Shown piece after piece: positions 40,079-50,647 of a DNA stretch of 64,000 nucleotides. The notes beneath the pieces were generated by a model. It was not told the DNA's origin. It saw only the letters and a program-made list of their open reading frames with translations, and did no database searches. The stretch spans positions 1-64,000 of the forward strand of contig JBDRRP010000092.1 of NCBI GenBank assembly GCA_043825735.1, written 5' to 3'. Position 1 is the first letter of the stretch, and each line of letters begins with the position of its first letter. A program made the translations under genes and the position numbers. Source of the stretch: Pseudomonadota bacterium (GTDB lineage: Bacteria; Desulfobacterota; Desulfobacteria; Desulfobacterales; JBDRRP01).

Positions 40079-42220
40079 ATGATCCGTATCAATGACATCA
40101 TTGACCGGATGTCGGAGTATCTCCCGGCAGACGAGTTGGATCTCATCGATCGCGCCTATATTTATTCGGCCCGGGTCCACGACGGCCAGGTCCGTCTCTC
40201 CGGAGAGCCCTATCTGTCCCATCCCCTGGAAGTTGCCGGCATTTTGGCGGACATGAACCTCGATGTCGTCAGTGTGGCCGCCGGCCTGCTTCACGATGTC
40301 ATCGAAGACACCCATGCCACCGCCGAGGAAATCAGCCAAATTTTTGGGCACGAAGTCGCCCACATCGTTTCCGGTGTCACCAAGCTCAGTGCCCTGACCT
40401 TCAACAGCTCCCAGGCCCGTCAGGCCGAAAGCATTCGAAAGATGCTGCTGGCCATGGCCGACGACATCCGGGTCATCATGATCAAGCTGGCCGACCGGTT
40501 GCACAACATGCGCACCCTGCAGTTTCATCGCGCCGGGCGCCAGCGGGCCATCGCCCAGGAGACCCTGGACATTTACGCACCCATCGCTTCCCGCCTGGGC
40601 ATCTACTGGATCAAAAAGGAGCTCGAGGACGCATCCTTTCGCTACCTGCAGCCCGAGGAATATGCTCAGCTCGTGGCGCTGGTGAGCACCGATCGCACCG
40701 AGCGCGAAGCCTATGTGGATTCGGTCCAGCGCCTCATTACCGCTAAAATGGCCGGCGCCGGTCTTACCTGCGAGGTGATGGGGCGTTACAAGCATTTCCA
40801 CAGCATCTACCAGAAGATGATTACCCAGGACCTTCCCTTTGAGGAAATCTACGACATCATCGCCTTTCGGATCATTCTCGACTCGATCCCCCATTGCTAT
40901 GAGGCGTTGGGACTGATTCATTCCTTGTGGAAGCCCATCGATATCAAGTTCAAGGATTACATCGCCAGGCCCAAGTCGAACATGTACCAGTCTTTGCACA
41001 CGACCGTTATCGGCCCCAAGGGGGAGCGCGTGGAGGTTCAGATCCGCACCCAGGAGATGGACCGGGTGGCCAAAAGCGGCATTGCCGCCCACTGGAGCTA
41101 CAAGGAAGGGCGCCAGTTGGATGAGCGCATGCGCGAAACCTTTGCGTGGATCCAGAACATGGTCGAGAACCAGGAACTGGTTAAAAATCCGGGCGAGTTT
41201 CTGGAAAATATGCGTCTCGATCTTTTCCCTGACGAAGTCTATGTTTTTACTCCCAACGGGGAGGTAAAGACCCTGCCCAAGGGGGCCACCCCAGTGGATT
41301 TTGCTTACATGATCCACTCCGAAGTGGGCCACCAGTGCAGCGGAGCCAAGGTAAACGGCAGGCTGGTGCCGCTGCTCAACGAACTTCAGACCGGCGATAT
41401 CGTGGAAGTCATTACTTCCAAGAATCACAACCCCAGCAAGGACTGGCTGAACTTCGTCAAGACGGTGAAAGCCCGCTCGCGGATCCGCCAGTGGATCAAG
41501 ACCCAGGAAAAGGAGCGCAGCCTCTCACTGGGGCGGGAGATGTGTGATAAAGCCTTCCGTAAGCATCGTTTCAATTTCGGTGCGTTGCTGAAAACCGATG
41601 AAATGGCGGCGGCGGTGGATCACTTCGGGTTCAAGGGACTCGACGATCTGATCGTTGCGGTGGGCTACGGGAAAATCACGCCGCTTCAGATCATCCGGCG
41701 GTTCGAACCCAAGTCGGTCCCGGAGGATACCAGCGGTTCACTGCTTAACAAGATCATCAGCACGGTGCGCAAGAAAAAAGACCAGCTGGGGGTGGTCGTC
41801 AAGGGCATCGACGACGTTCTGGTGCGCTTTGCCAAGTGCTGCCAGCCAGTGCCGGGAGACGATATTACCGGATACATCACGCGGGGGCAGGGCGTGACCG
41901 TCCACCGCAACAGCTGCATCAATGCCTTGAAAATGAACCCCGAGCGCCAGATCGATGTGGAGTGGAGTACCCAGGGTAAAGACTCGTTCCCGGTTCGGAT
42001 CCGGGTCACTTCGCTTGACCGGGTCGGTCTTTTGGCGGATATCGTCGCCAGCATCAGCAAGAACACCGCAAATATCCAAAGCGCCCAGACCGAGACACGG
42101 TCTGACGGCACTGTGGACAGTTACTTTTCCATCGGGGTGGAAAACAAGGAGCATTTGGGGCGGATTCTCACCGCCATCAAGAAAGTACGGATGGTGCAGG
42201 GGGTCCGGCGGTTGCGGTAG
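40079..42220 (+). CDS. spoT: Bifunctional (p)ppGpp synthetase/hydrolase RelA/SpoT
   Basis: LLHDVIEDT HD motif, KLADRLHNMRTL, YQSLHT, TGS, CCQP and ACT domains. Confidence 0.95.
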   Translation: MIRINDIIDRMSEYLPADELDLIDRAYIYSARVHDGQVRLSGEPYLSHPLEVAGILADMNLDVVSVAAGLLHDVIEDTHATAEEISQIFGHEVAHIVSGVTKLSALTFNSSQARQAESIRKMLLAMADDIRVIMIKLADRLHNMRTLQFHRAGRQRAIAQETLDIYAPIASRLGIYWIKKELEDASFRYLQPEEYAQLVALVSTDRTEREAYVDSVQRLITAKMAGAGLTCEVMGRYKHFHSIYQKMITQDLPFEEIYDIIAFRIILDSIPHCYEALGLIHSLWKPIDIKFKDYIARPKSNMYQSLHTTVIGPKGERVEVQIRTQEMDRVAKSGIAAHWSYKEGRQLDERMRETFAWIQNMVENQELVKNPGEFLENMRLDLFPDEVYVFTPNGEVKTLPKGATPVDFAYMIHSEVGHQCSGAKVNGRLVPLLNELQTGDIVEVITSKNHNPSKDWLNFVKTVKARSRIRQWIKTQEKERSLSLGREMCDKAFRKHRFNFGALLKTDEMAAAVDHFGFKGLDDLIVAVGYGKITPLQIIRRFEPKSVPEDTSGSLLNKIISTVRKKKDQLGVVVKGIDDVLVRFAKCCQPVPGDDITGYITRGQGVTVHRNSCINALKMNPERQIDVEWSTQGKDSFPVRIRVTSLDRVGLLADIVASISKNTANIQSAQTETRSDGTVDSYFSIGVENKEHLGRILTAIKKVRMVQGVRRLR

Positions 42221-42233
42221 CCGAACAGGCGGC

Positions 42234-42419
42234 TTATTTTTCGACCAGCCCGTTCTTGATGCAGTGGGTGCAGACGAATATTTTTTGAGTCTGCCCGCCC
42301 TGTTTGGCGCGCACCTGCTGAAGGTTGGGCTTGAAACGGCGTTTGGTGACGTTGTGGGCATGGCTGACATTGCAGCCGACCATGGGTTTCTTCCCGCAGA
42401 TTGCACAGATTTTGGCCAT
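42234..42419 (-). CDS. rpmB: 50S ribosomal protein L28
   Basis: [31 protein letters not shown]. Confidence 0.95.
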   Translation of the reverse strand: MAKICAICGKKPMVGCNVSHAHNVTKRRFKPNLQQVRAKQGGQTQKIFVCTHCIKNGLVEK

Positions 42420-42528
42420 TTTTTGGCTCCTTATCACTGAAACGGCCGGCATCCCGCCGGCCTCGTCAATCGAAATCCGCTCTATATACGGTATCCGGTG
42501 TTCTGTAAAGGACATTTTACATTCGATC

Positions 42529-42613
42529 ACCACGAAGTTCACGAAGAACACGAAGATTTAAATTTTCCAATACTGTTAATGATTTCCTTCGTGCCCTTCG
42601 TGTATTTCGTGGT
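42529..42613. repeat. Tri-heptamer palindromic element (CACGAAG type)
   Basis: CACGAAG-TT-CACGAAG-AA-CACGAAG / CTTCGTG-CC-CTTCGTG-TA-TTTCGTG. Confidence 0.85.
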
Positions 42614-42671
42614 TGACCATTCACTGGTGCGGATAAGTCTAATTACGTTTTTTGGGCAAACGCATTGTTTT

Positions 42672-43337
42672 CTAATCCAGTGCCCCCAGCTCCTGCTGGA
42701 TGGCATATTGGCAGATGGCGATGTATTTCAGCGCTTCATACTGGATGCCCACATCCGGATAATCGGTGACGACGCTCATAAACCGTCCCAGGGCGGCTTT
42801 GTAGTGGCGGCTCTTGAAATAAAATTTGCCCACGTAGAGATCGTGCCCGGCCAGGCTTTTATAACAAATGCGTTCATGTTCCCGGGCCTTGAGTGCGTAG
42901 ACATCGTTCGGGAATCGTTCAATCAGGCGTTGAAACGTTTCCAGGGCCCGGCGCGTCTGGCCCTGATCCCGGTCGATCGTATCGATCTGGTCGAAATGGC
43001 AGCGCCCGATCTGGTAGATGACGTAGGGTATGGCTTCATTGCGGGGGTGGAGATTTTCAAACTCCTCATAGGCCACCGCCGCATCTTCAAACTCTTCCAG
43101 TTTGAAATATCCATCGGCGATCTTCAGCTCGGCCAGGATGGCATACTTGCTAAACGGGTACCAGTCCCTGAGCTGTTCGAAATTTTCGATGGCTTTCTTG
43201 TAGCGCCCGTCACGGTAGGCCTGCATGCCGGCGTCTGCCAGTTCATTGGCCGGCCGTTCGTCCTTTGATTTGAACAAGGAGCAGCCGCCGATAATGAGAA
43301 AGGCGATAATCAGTACAGCCGTTACCCGTTTGGTCAT
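42672..43337 (-). CDS. bamD: Outer membrane protein assembly lipoprotein BamD
   Basis: Lipobox IGGC, TPRs, YPFS, DRDQ, FP.S/N motifs. Confidence 0.9.
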   Translation of the reverse strand: MTKRVTAVLIIAFLIIGGCSLFKSKDERPANELADAGMQAYRDGRYKKAIENFEQLRDWYPFSKYAILAELKIADGYFKLEEFEDAAVAYEEFENLHPRNEAIPYVIYQIGRCHFDQIDTIDRDQGQTRRALETFQRLIERFPNDVYALKAREHERICYKSLAGHDLYVGKFYFKSRHYKAALGRFMSVVTDYPDVGIQYEALKYIAICQYAIQQELGALD

Positions 43338-43485
43338 GATTCATTCCCGTCCCAAATACCGACCGCCCGCGCAGCGCCCGGGATGTCGGGCTGCACGGGC
43401 GGAAAGCCGTCGGGGCATCGTTTCAGTTTTCGACCACAAGCAGCGACCGGAGCGGGGGCTGCAAGTGGCTGGGGGCGGTTATCGT

Positions 43486-43812
43486 TTATAGAATCTTTTT
43501 GATGGCCTCTTCGAGCTTGCTCTTGGCCACCATCCCGGTGATTTGATCCACCACCTGGCCGTCTTTAAAAAAGATCAATGTGGGGATGGCTTTAATGCCG
43601 TACTTGCCGGGGGTGATGGGATTGTCATCCACATTACATTTGGCGAATTTGAGGCGGTCGCCGTATGTCCCAGCCAGATCGTTGATCACCGGTGCGATGG
43701 CCTTGCACGGACCGCACCAGGGTGCCCAGAAATCAACCATTGCCGGTTTGTCCGACTGCACAATCTCTTTGTCGAAACTGCTATCTTCAATCTCCACAAC
43801 GTTTTGAGCCAT
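43486..43812 (-). CDS. trxA: Thioredoxin
   Basis: DFWAPWCGPC, IPTL. Confidence 0.96.
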   Translation of the reverse strand: MAQNVVEIEDSSFDKEIVQSDKPAMVDFWAPWCGPCKAIAPVINDLAGTYGDRLKFAKCNVDDNPITPGKYGIKAIPTLIFFKDGQVVDQITGMVAKSKLEEAIKKIL

Positions 43813-44121
43813 AATGCGCGTCCTTTCCTGGTAGAAGCCGGCCCTGCAACGCGGCGCTGCTGGGAATTTTTCCGGTGAGGGGGGGCGGACCGGGCCTGCT
43901 TAGATCAGATCCTGCGACCGGCGTCAGCCGCCGGAACACTAATTCCGGTTCACCCCTTCCGCCAAATACGCTATATATAGTGTTACCCCTGGCGCTTGTC
44001 AACCGGTCAGAGCCGGTTCTGTCAGAGGGCATCATTATGGTTAAGTCATTATAAGTTGCTGTAGATATTATTAATTACATTCCGGCGCGATTCCGGCGCC
44101 AGTGTTTTGGGAGACTCCGCG

Positions 44122-44892
44122 ATGATACGCATCGGCGCCCTGATTTCCGGAGGCGGCACCAACCTTCAGGCGATTCTTGACAGCTGCGGCGACAGGTCCA
44201 TTTCAGGAGAAGTGGTGTTCGTCGGCACCGACAATCCTGACGCAACGGGGCTTCGGCGCGCCGCTGAGCGGGGCATTCCTACGTTTGTGGTCGATTACGG
44301 CCGCTTGATCAGGCAATACCGGGAAGATCCCGCAAAATGTCCGTTGCCGCCGGATGCAGATATGGAAACCCTTTTGGTGGACCAGCGCCTGCTGCCCGCT
44401 GATTCACCGGCAACGCGCCGGCGGCAGTTTATTGCCTCCCGGGTGATCGCCGAAGCCGCCCTGCTGGCGGCCATCTCATCCCATCGCTTCGATGTGCTGG
44501 TTCTGGCGGGGTTCATGCGGGCCCTGACCCCGTATTTTATTGACCGGGTTAACCCTTCTGCCGATGCGCCGCGGATCATGAACATCCACCCGGCCTTGCT
44601 ACCGGCCTTTCCCGGCGTTGACGGCTACGGCGACACTTTCCGCTACGGCTGCAAGGTGGGCGGATGCACTGTCCACTTCGTCGATTACGGCGAGGACACC
44701 GGCCCCATCATCGGCCAGCGCGCCTTTGCCATCGCTCCGGGCGATACCCTGGATACCATCCGGGAAAAAGGGCTCAGACAGGAGTGGCGCCTTTACCCGG
44801 AGTGCATCCAGCTTTTCGCCCAGGACCGACTGCGGATCAGAACGATCGCGGGCGGCCGCCGGATCGTGGACATTTTACCGGCACAGACCTAG
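44122..44892 (+). CDS. purN: Phosphoribosylglycinamide formyltransferase (with internal insertion)
   Basis: LISGGGTNLQA, LAGFMR, NIHPALLP.F.G, GCTVH..D.G.D.GPII. Confidence 0.9.
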   Translation: MIRIGALISGGGTNLQAILDSCGDRSISGEVVFVGTDNPDATGLRRAAERGIPTFVVDYGRLIRQYREDPAKCPLPPDADMETLLVDQRLLPADSPATRRRQFIASRVIAEAALLAAISSHRFDVLVLAGFMRALTPYFIDRVNPSADAPRIMNIHPALLPAFPGVDGYGDTFRYGCKVGGCTVHFVDYGEDTGPIIGQRAFAIAPGDTLDTIREKGLRQEWRLYPECIQLFAQDRLRIRTIAGGRRIVDILPAQT

Positions 44893-45056
44893 CGTATTTG
44901 TCAGAATAATGTTCTGTTACATCCCCAAGACCTATCGGAGGCGGGATCGAAATCGGGATCGAAATCGATGTTTTCCAAGGTCGATACCGATAGCGATTTG
45001 GATGCTCACCAGGCCTTGCCGGGAACCAAAATCTACCATATTCTGGATGGACACTA
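44890..45056. mobile_element. MITE-like element related to 29109-29348, carrying an ATCG-hexamer palindrome
   Basis: Right end GGCCTTGCC(G/A)GGAACC...AAAATCTACCA...TGGACAC shared with the 29.1-kb element; imperfect terminal IR TAG..CAGAATA / TATTCTGG..CACTA. Confidence 0.6.
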
Positions 45057-45057
45057 A

Positions 45058-46227
45058 TTAGAACGCTTTGAACATCAGCGGGATGGCCACCATTGTGCCA
45101 AATGAGCTGCCAAGATTGGTGAGCACCACCACCAGCAGGATTTTGGTGACCTTGTTTCGCCAGAATCCGCGAAATGACAAGATGTCCTCGGGCAGTTGCT
45201 CGAAATCCTTCACCTTGGGTTTGCGGGTGATGGCTTCCACCAGTCCCGATACCCATCCGGCGGCGATCATGGGATTGAGCGAGGTGATGGGTGCGGCCAC
45301 TATGGATGAGAGGATGGTGTAAGGGTGGGCCAGGGCGGCCGCGGCCCCGAGTCCGGCCAGGACAGCGTTGGCAACGATCCACCACACAATCATGTCGGTG
45401 CCGGCCTGCCTGCCGCCGTAGACAAAACCCGCCACGATCAGCGCCACCACTAAAAGCGGCAGCCCCCATTTCAAGATGCTTGCCCAGCGGCTCTTTGGCG
45501 GCAGGGTTTCCAGAGCGGCGAGATCGACGGGCTGATCCCAGGCTTCCGTGATACCGGGTACGTGACCGGCACCCACTACGGCCACGATGGTGCTGCCCGG
45601 CGCCGAGCGGATCTTTTCACACAGGTAGCGGTCGCGCTCGTTGATGAGGATCTCGCGCACCACCGGCATGCTCTGCCCCACCTCGTCCAGCAGCGCGGCC
45701 AGCATGTCCTGCTGTTTCATCTTTTCGATGTCTTCGGCGCTGATCTCATCCACCTCGCCCGCTGAAAGAATCAGGTGAAACAGCAGTTTGATCTTGGCCC
45801 AGAAACCCATGGATCGCCAGGTCCGCGAGAGCGTGATGCGGATGTCCCGGTCGGCCAGATGGATGTGGGCGCCCAGGGCCTCCCCCGATCGGATAGCCTG
45901 CAGCATTTCCGCCCCCGGGGCGATGTCCAGTTTGGCGGCCAGGCGTTTTTGGAACGAGGCCAGCATGAGGTTGGACAGCAGCAGGAAGGCTTTTTTCTCC
46001 CTGATGACCTTGACGATGTCCATTTCCTGCCACTGGCTTTTCTGGGTGATGGACTGGTATCTGGACTCGCACAGTTCGACAGCCACTGTGTCCGGCTTTT
46101 CGGATGTGATGACCGATTCCACCAGATCGACGCTGTTCTGCGACACATGGGCGGTGCCGACCAAAATCACCCGCTTGCTGCCAGTTTGAAGGTGGCGCAC
46201 CATCTGGGGGTTGTGGATGACTGTCAT
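45058..46227 (-). CDS. TraB/GumN family protein
   Basis: LVGTAHVS, VAVELC, PGAEM, ERD, VVGAGH; C-terminal TM helices. Confidence 0.92.
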   Translation of the reverse strand: MTVIHNPQMVRHLQTGSKRVILVGTAHVSQNSVDLVESVITSEKPDTVAVELCESRYQSITQKSQWQEMDIVKVIREKKAFLLLSNLMLASFQKRLAAKLDIAPGAEMLQAIRSGEALGAHIHLADRDIRITLSRTWRSMGFWAKIKLLFHLILSAGEVDEISAEDIEKMKQQDMLAALLDEVGQSMPVVREILINERDRYLCEKIRSAPGSTIVAVVGAGHVPGITEAWDQPVDLAALETLPPKSRWASILKWGLPLLVVALIVAGFVYGGRQAGTDMIVWWIVANAVLAGLGAAAALAHPYTILSSIVAAPITSLNPMIAAGWVSGLVEAITRKPKVKDFEQLPEDILSFRGFWRNKVTKILLVVVLTNLGSSFGTMVAIPLMFKAF

Positions 46228-46337
46228 TGCCGGTATATTTCCTTTTTTTTTAATGGAGATCGAATATAACACTGCCATTTCTGGCGTCAATCCAATATGG
46301 CCTGTCGCGTCGACTTAATCCGCAGCACTGGATGTGA

Positions 46338-46411
46338 ACCACGAAGGCCACGAAGCGCACGAAGAAAAACAAATGGGTTAAAACCGTCGTGTCCTTCGTG
46401 AACTTCGTGGT
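46338..46411. repeat. Tri-heptamer palindromic element (CACGAAG type)
   Basis: CACGAAG-GC-CACGAAG-CG-CACGAAG / CGTCGTG-TC-CTTCGTG-AA-CTTCGTG. Confidence 0.85.
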
Positions 46412-46466
46412 GAAAATATGACGGCATTGACACCGGATACCCAACCTCGCTGGAGATTCTCAACCA

Positions 46467-47246
46467 ATGACAGAAGATGCGCCGTATTATGTTTCCCAGG
46501 GCTCGGAGATCGCACTATTCGAGGCTGCATTCGCCGGCCGGCTACCGGTGATGCTCAAAGGTCCCACCGGCTGTGGCAAGACCCGTTTTGTGGAATACAT
46601 GGCCCATCGCCTGAACCGACCGCTCATTACCGTCGCCTGTCACGAAGATCTTTTTTCTTCTGACCTTATCGGCCGCTTCCTGCTCCAGCATGAGGAAACA
46701 GTGTGGGTGGACGGTCCGCTGACCCGCGCGGTGCGGTCCGGGGCCATCTGCTATCTGGATGAAATCGTCGAGGCCCGCAAGGACACCACTGTGGTCATCC
46801 ATCCCCTCACCGACAACCGGCGGATGCTCCATATCGACCGGAAAGGCGAATCGGTGGCGGCCCACCCGAGTTTCATGATGGTCATCTCCTACAACCCTGG
46901 ATACCAGTCGGTGCTCAAGGACCTCAAGCAAAGCACCCGCCAGCGGTTTGTGGCCATTTCATTCGACTATCCGCCGGCAGACAAGGAAACCGATATCGTG
47001 GCCACCGAAGCCCGCATCGATGAAGACACCGCCCGCCGACTGGTGCGTCTTGGTGAAAAAATCAGAGGGGTAAGGGAGGTCGGTCTCACTGAAGGGGCCA
47101 GCACGCGGCTGCTGATCTACGCCGGAGAGCTGATCCGCCGCGGGATTCCGCCGGCCGAGGCCTGCCGCAGCGCCGTGGCCCTGCCGCTGACCGACGATGA
47201 TCGCATGCAGGAGACCCTGGGGGCGCTCATCGACGATCTATTCTAG
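46467..47246 (+). CDS. CbbQ/NirQ/NorQ-family MoxR-type AAA+ ATPase
   Basis: PYY N-terminus, GPTGCGKT Walker [11 protein letters not shown]alker [19 protein letters not shown]. Confidence 0.93.
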   Translation: MTEDAPYYVSQGSEIALFEAAFAGRLPVMLKGPTGCGKTRFVEYMAHRLNRPLITVACHEDLFSSDLIGRFLLQHEETVWVDGPLTRAVRSGAICYLDEIVEARKDTTVVIHPLTDNRRMLHIDRKGESVAAHPSFMMVISYNPGYQSVLKDLKQSTRQRFVAISFDYPPADKETDIVATEARIDEDTARRLVRLGEKIRGVREVGLTEGASTRLLIYAGELIRRGIPPAEACRSAVALPLTDDDRMQETLGALIDDLF

Positions 47247-47261
47247 TGTCTATTGCCCATG

Positions 47262-47395
47262 TTTGACAAATTCGTCAAAAAGCCATTTTGAACCGCAGAG
47301 AGCGCAGAGGAACGCAGAGAATATGTTTAATAATGATTTATCTCTGCGGTCTCTGCGTCCTCGGTGGTGATTTCAGACTTATCAGATGACCATCA
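47262..47395. repeat. Composite palindromic element between the AAA+ and VWA genes
   Basis: TTTGAC..TCGTCAAAAAG...CGCAGAG x3 / CTCTGCG x2-3...GATTTCAGACTT; sister of 39908-40025. Confidence 0.8.
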
Positions 47396-50085
47396 TGTTT
47401 GACTTCAATGACCTTCATCGGTTCGATCCGGAAATGGCCGCCCGCCTGGCGGATGGCTTTGGTCGCTGGCCGCGACCGCCGGATCCGTCTCTGGTCGATG
47501 CCCTGGCCGGGGATATTCTGAAGGGGCTCTCTGTTGAGCCGACGTTCGGGCAGGCTCTGGCGGACGGGGTGACCGAAGTGATCCGCACAGGAACTCCTGC
47601 CGCAGTGGCCCGCTACCGGGAATGCGTCGCTCAATTTGCAGATGTCGGCCCGACCCTGGGGCGCATCATGGCCAGGGCACTGGTGCCGGTGACGGTTCAA
47701 GGCGATGATGCGTTTCTGGGCGATGTCCTGTCGGTGGTTGTGGTCATGCGGCGCAAGGGAACGCATACCCTGACGGATCCCCTAAACGCACTGGGGGCGG
47801 TGCTGGCCGGCGGCGACCTGCCGGCGGCCGCCGCCTATCTCAAACTCCTTTCGGCCACTTTTTCGCGCAGCCTGACCTATAACCGTGCGACCCATCTCAC
47901 CAAGCACCTGCCCAGGGCGGTGCTGTGCCTCCAGCCGGCCGCACGCGCATGGCAGATCGACCATTTGACCACTGCCATGATCGTGAGCGACTGGCTGGCC
48001 GAACGGCTGTGGGAAAGCCTTGTTGGCGGCGATCTGCGCTTGCTTTCTAACGACGGCTTGAGGGCCTTTGTCGACGACGCCTGTCGACGGTTTCAACGCG
48101 ACCCGGAGGAAGGCCTCGTCTTTGCCGCCATGCGTTCCCAACAGGGCCGGGATGCCTGTGCGGCGCTGCGGGTCGCAGTGCCGCTGACGGAGGTCCGCGG
48201 CGCGCTCAGCGCCTATGCATCGCTGCGGTTGGGCCGGGGCTGCGCCATCCGGTCCATGTCTGATCTGCCGGCGGCGGCCTCAGGTGATCAACGGATGCCG
48301 TTGGTGTGCAGTGACGGGCGGGCCATTTACCTTGCCGATGTGATGGACAGCTACCCCGAGGCGCCTCAAAACCGGGCGCTGTACCAGTGCCTGGTACGCC
48401 TGGAATGCGCCGTCCTGGAAAGCGGTACCTACGATTTTGACATGGACAAGGCCGCAGATCGCCTCGGTGCCGAGCGGCCGGTGTCAGGCGATGGCTTGAC
48501 GACAGACATTGCCTGCTGGCTTTTGCGTTATGCCTCCCCCCCACTGGCGGCCTATCTGTTTTCCGCCTTCGAATATGCCCGCATTTATCTGTGGAGCCGC
48601 AGCCGCTACCCCGGCGCGCTGCGTCAGGCGGTTCCTTTTCTTGAGACGGCCTGCCGGCAGACGATGCTGGCCTGGCCGGAGCATCCGTTTACACCACTGG
48701 CGGTCTGGCCGGCGATCTCTCGGCGGGACCATGGCGCGGCCGCGGTAATCGCTGCCATGGGGGCATTTGACGCCGTTATGACTGAAGCCAGCACCGTTGA
48801 GGATACGATGGTGTTTCTCGATGGCGTTTATCCTTCGCTATCGGCGCTGATCGGTGACGCGGCATCCGGACTGCCCGATCTTCCTTTCGGGCGGCGGATT
48901 CTGCCGGAGGGGCATGATGCCGGCCTTGCGGCTGAGCACCGCGAGGCGCGCCGCATCCAGCAGACGCTGGCACGGCGCGGGGTGTCGGTGTACCGCTCCG
49001 AGCTCATCCGGCAATATCGGGACGGCGGCAACACCATCACGCCGGAGGGGGTGCGGCAGGCTGTTTCGGCATCGGCCCGGTGTGCCGGGACGTGGGCACT
49101 GCCGGCAGTGCCGATGCGTGACGGGTTCTTGTCGGTGGACGACCTTTTTTCCGAGACGGTTCCCTCCTTGGAGGCCGATACCCTGGGTGATCCGGTTTAC
49201 CGGTACCCTGAGTGGGACGGGCGGCAGGGGGACTACCGGGGCGATCATGTGAAGGTTCGGGTCGGCACGCCGGCGGTTGCCGATGCCACGGCGTGCGCGG
49301 TGGTGCTGCGCCAGCGGCAAGACCTGGTGGCGCGCATTCGCAGGGCCTTCGAGCTGCTCCGGCCTCAGGGGTTGATACTGCTGCGGCGATGGATGGAGGG
49401 GGACGATTTCGATTACCGGGCGCTGCTGGACTTTGCAGTGGACCGGCGCAGCGGCCGCACCCCGTCTGAGCGGGTCTATCTAAAGCGCTTGAAGGCGCAC
49501 CGTGATGTGGCCACACTGCTGCTGGTGGATCAATCCCGGTCGACGGCGCATCCTGCCCTGGGGAGCCCCCACAGCGTCATGGACGTGGAAAAGGCCGCCA
49601 TCGTTTTGTTTTGCGAAGCGCTCGGCGTGCTGGGGGACCGGTTTGCCGTGGCCGGTTTTTCCGGCACCGGGCGTCTGGGCGTGGACTATTTCTGGATCAA
49701 GACCTTTGATGAGCCCATGGGCACCGGTGTGTGGGGACGTATCGCCGGCATGGCACCGCTTCGCAGCACCCGCATGGGAGCGGCCATCCGACACGCGACG
49801 GCGTCCTTCGAATCGGCGCCGGCCGCCGTCCGGTTGCTCATCGTACTTGGAGACGGTTTTCCCAATGATGTTGACTACAAAAAAGGCTATGCGATAGAAG
49901 ACACGCGAAAGGCTATCCAGGAGGCGCACGCCAGGCACATTTACACCCACGGCATTACGGTAAATATTGCCAGTGATGCCGGCCTTGATGCGCTCTACGG
50001 CGGCAGCGCCCACACGGTGATATCCGATGTTCGTGAATTGCCGGATGCCTTGTGGCGTGTCTACGCAAATCTGACCAGGCGGTGA
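47395..50085 (+). CDS. NorD/CbbO-like von Willebrand factor A domain protein (start 47386 or 47395)
   Basis: YPEWD, MIDAS DQSRS, TRMGAAIRHA, GDGFPND; follows NorQ-like ATPase. Confidence 0.85.
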   Translation: MFDFNDLHRFDPEMAARLADGFGRWPRPPDPSLVDALAGDILKGLSVEPTFGQALADGVTEVIRTGTPAAVARYRECVAQFADVGPTLGRIMARALVPVTVQGDDAFLGDVLSVVVVMRRKGTHTLTDPLNALGAVLAGGDLPAAAAYLKLLSATFSRSLTYNRATHLTKHLPRAVLCLQPAARAWQIDHLTTAMIVSDWLAERLWESLVGGDLRLLSNDGLRAFVDDACRRFQRDPEEGLVFAAMRSQQGRDACAALRVAVPLTEVRGALSAYASLRLGRGCAIRSMSDLPAAASGDQRMPLVCSDGRAIYLADVMDSYPEAPQNRALYQCLVRLECAVLESGTYDFDMDKAADRLGAERPVSGDGLTTDIACWLLRYASPPLAAYLFSAFEYARIYLWSRSRYPGALRQAVPFLETACRQTMLAWPEHPFTPLAVWPAISRRDHGAAAVIAAMGAFDAVMTEASTVEDTMVFLDGVYPSLSALIGDAASGLPDLPFGRRILPEGHDAGLAAEHREARRIQQTLARRGVSVYRSELIRQYRDGGNTITPEGVRQAVSASARCAGTWALPAVPMRDGFLSVDDLFSETVPSLEADTLGDPVYRYPEWDGRQGDYRGDHVKVRVGTPAVADATACAVVLRQRQDLVARIRRAFELLRPQGLILLRRWMEGDDFDYRALLDFAVDRRSGRTPSERVYLKRLKAHRDVATLLLVDQSRSTAHPALGSPHSVMDVEKAAIVLFCEALGVLGDRFAVAGFSGTGRLGVDYFWIKTFDEPMGTGVWGRIAGMAPLRSTRMGAAIRHATASFESAPAAVRLLIVLGDGFPNDVDYKKGYAIEDTRKAIQEAHARHIYTHGITVNIASDAGLDALYGGSAHTVISDVRELPDALWRVYANLTRR

Positions 50086-50088
50086 CCG

Positions 50089-50547
50089 GTGGGCAATTTG
50101 ACCTCAGAACAGTGCCTTTACGACGGTATTTTTGAGTGGGAGGGCTACGGCGGCGCCTTCAAGCTGGCCAGTGGCAAGTGCTACCTCAAGGTATACGATT
50201 TAACCCGGGGCTCCCAGAGCCCGGTGGCCGTTCTCAAACCGGTGATCGTATTAGCCATGGACATGCCAGATAGCCCCATGTCAGTGAGAAGCTGCATCGG
50301 GCATATTGCCACCCGGGTGGTGACGGACCACGGCATCTCGCCCGCGCGGACCCTGTTCGTGGAATACTACCCCGCGATTCATTATGGCGAACACGGCGAG
50401 CGGCACATTGCGCGCCGTTTCGAGGCGGTGGATTTCGAATGGCACGGATACCGGGCGCTGTTTCCCAAATGGCGCACCGTCCCGCTTCCCCTGCTGACGG
50501 TCATTGCCCCCCTGACCGCAGGATGGCCGGAGGTCTCCGACGGTTGA
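50089..50547 (+). CDS. Hypothetical protein, apparently co-transcribed with the AAA+/VWA pair
   Basis: Starts 3 nt after VWA stop; protein-like composition. Confidence 0.7.
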   Translation: MGNLTSEQCLYDGIFEWEGYGGAFKLASGKCYLKVYDLTRGSQSPVAVLKPVIVLAMDMPDSPMSVRSCIGHIATRVVTDHGISPARTLFVEYYPAIHYGEHGERHIARRFEAVDFEWHGYRALFPKWRTVPLPLLTVIAPLTAGWPEVSDG

Positions 50548-50647
50548 CGCAGGGTCGGCTCTCACCGAGATGCCTTCCCTGCCGGCGCAACCACTGGACG
50601 CGCTCTGGGGCCGCTGACCACCATCGCCCGCTTTGAAAGAGGCTCGC

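Noticed and set aside
42420..42551. Extended N-terminus of rpmB and other short ORFs reading FVxFVV / TTKxTK
   Set aside because: Artefacts of translating the palindromic repeat elements
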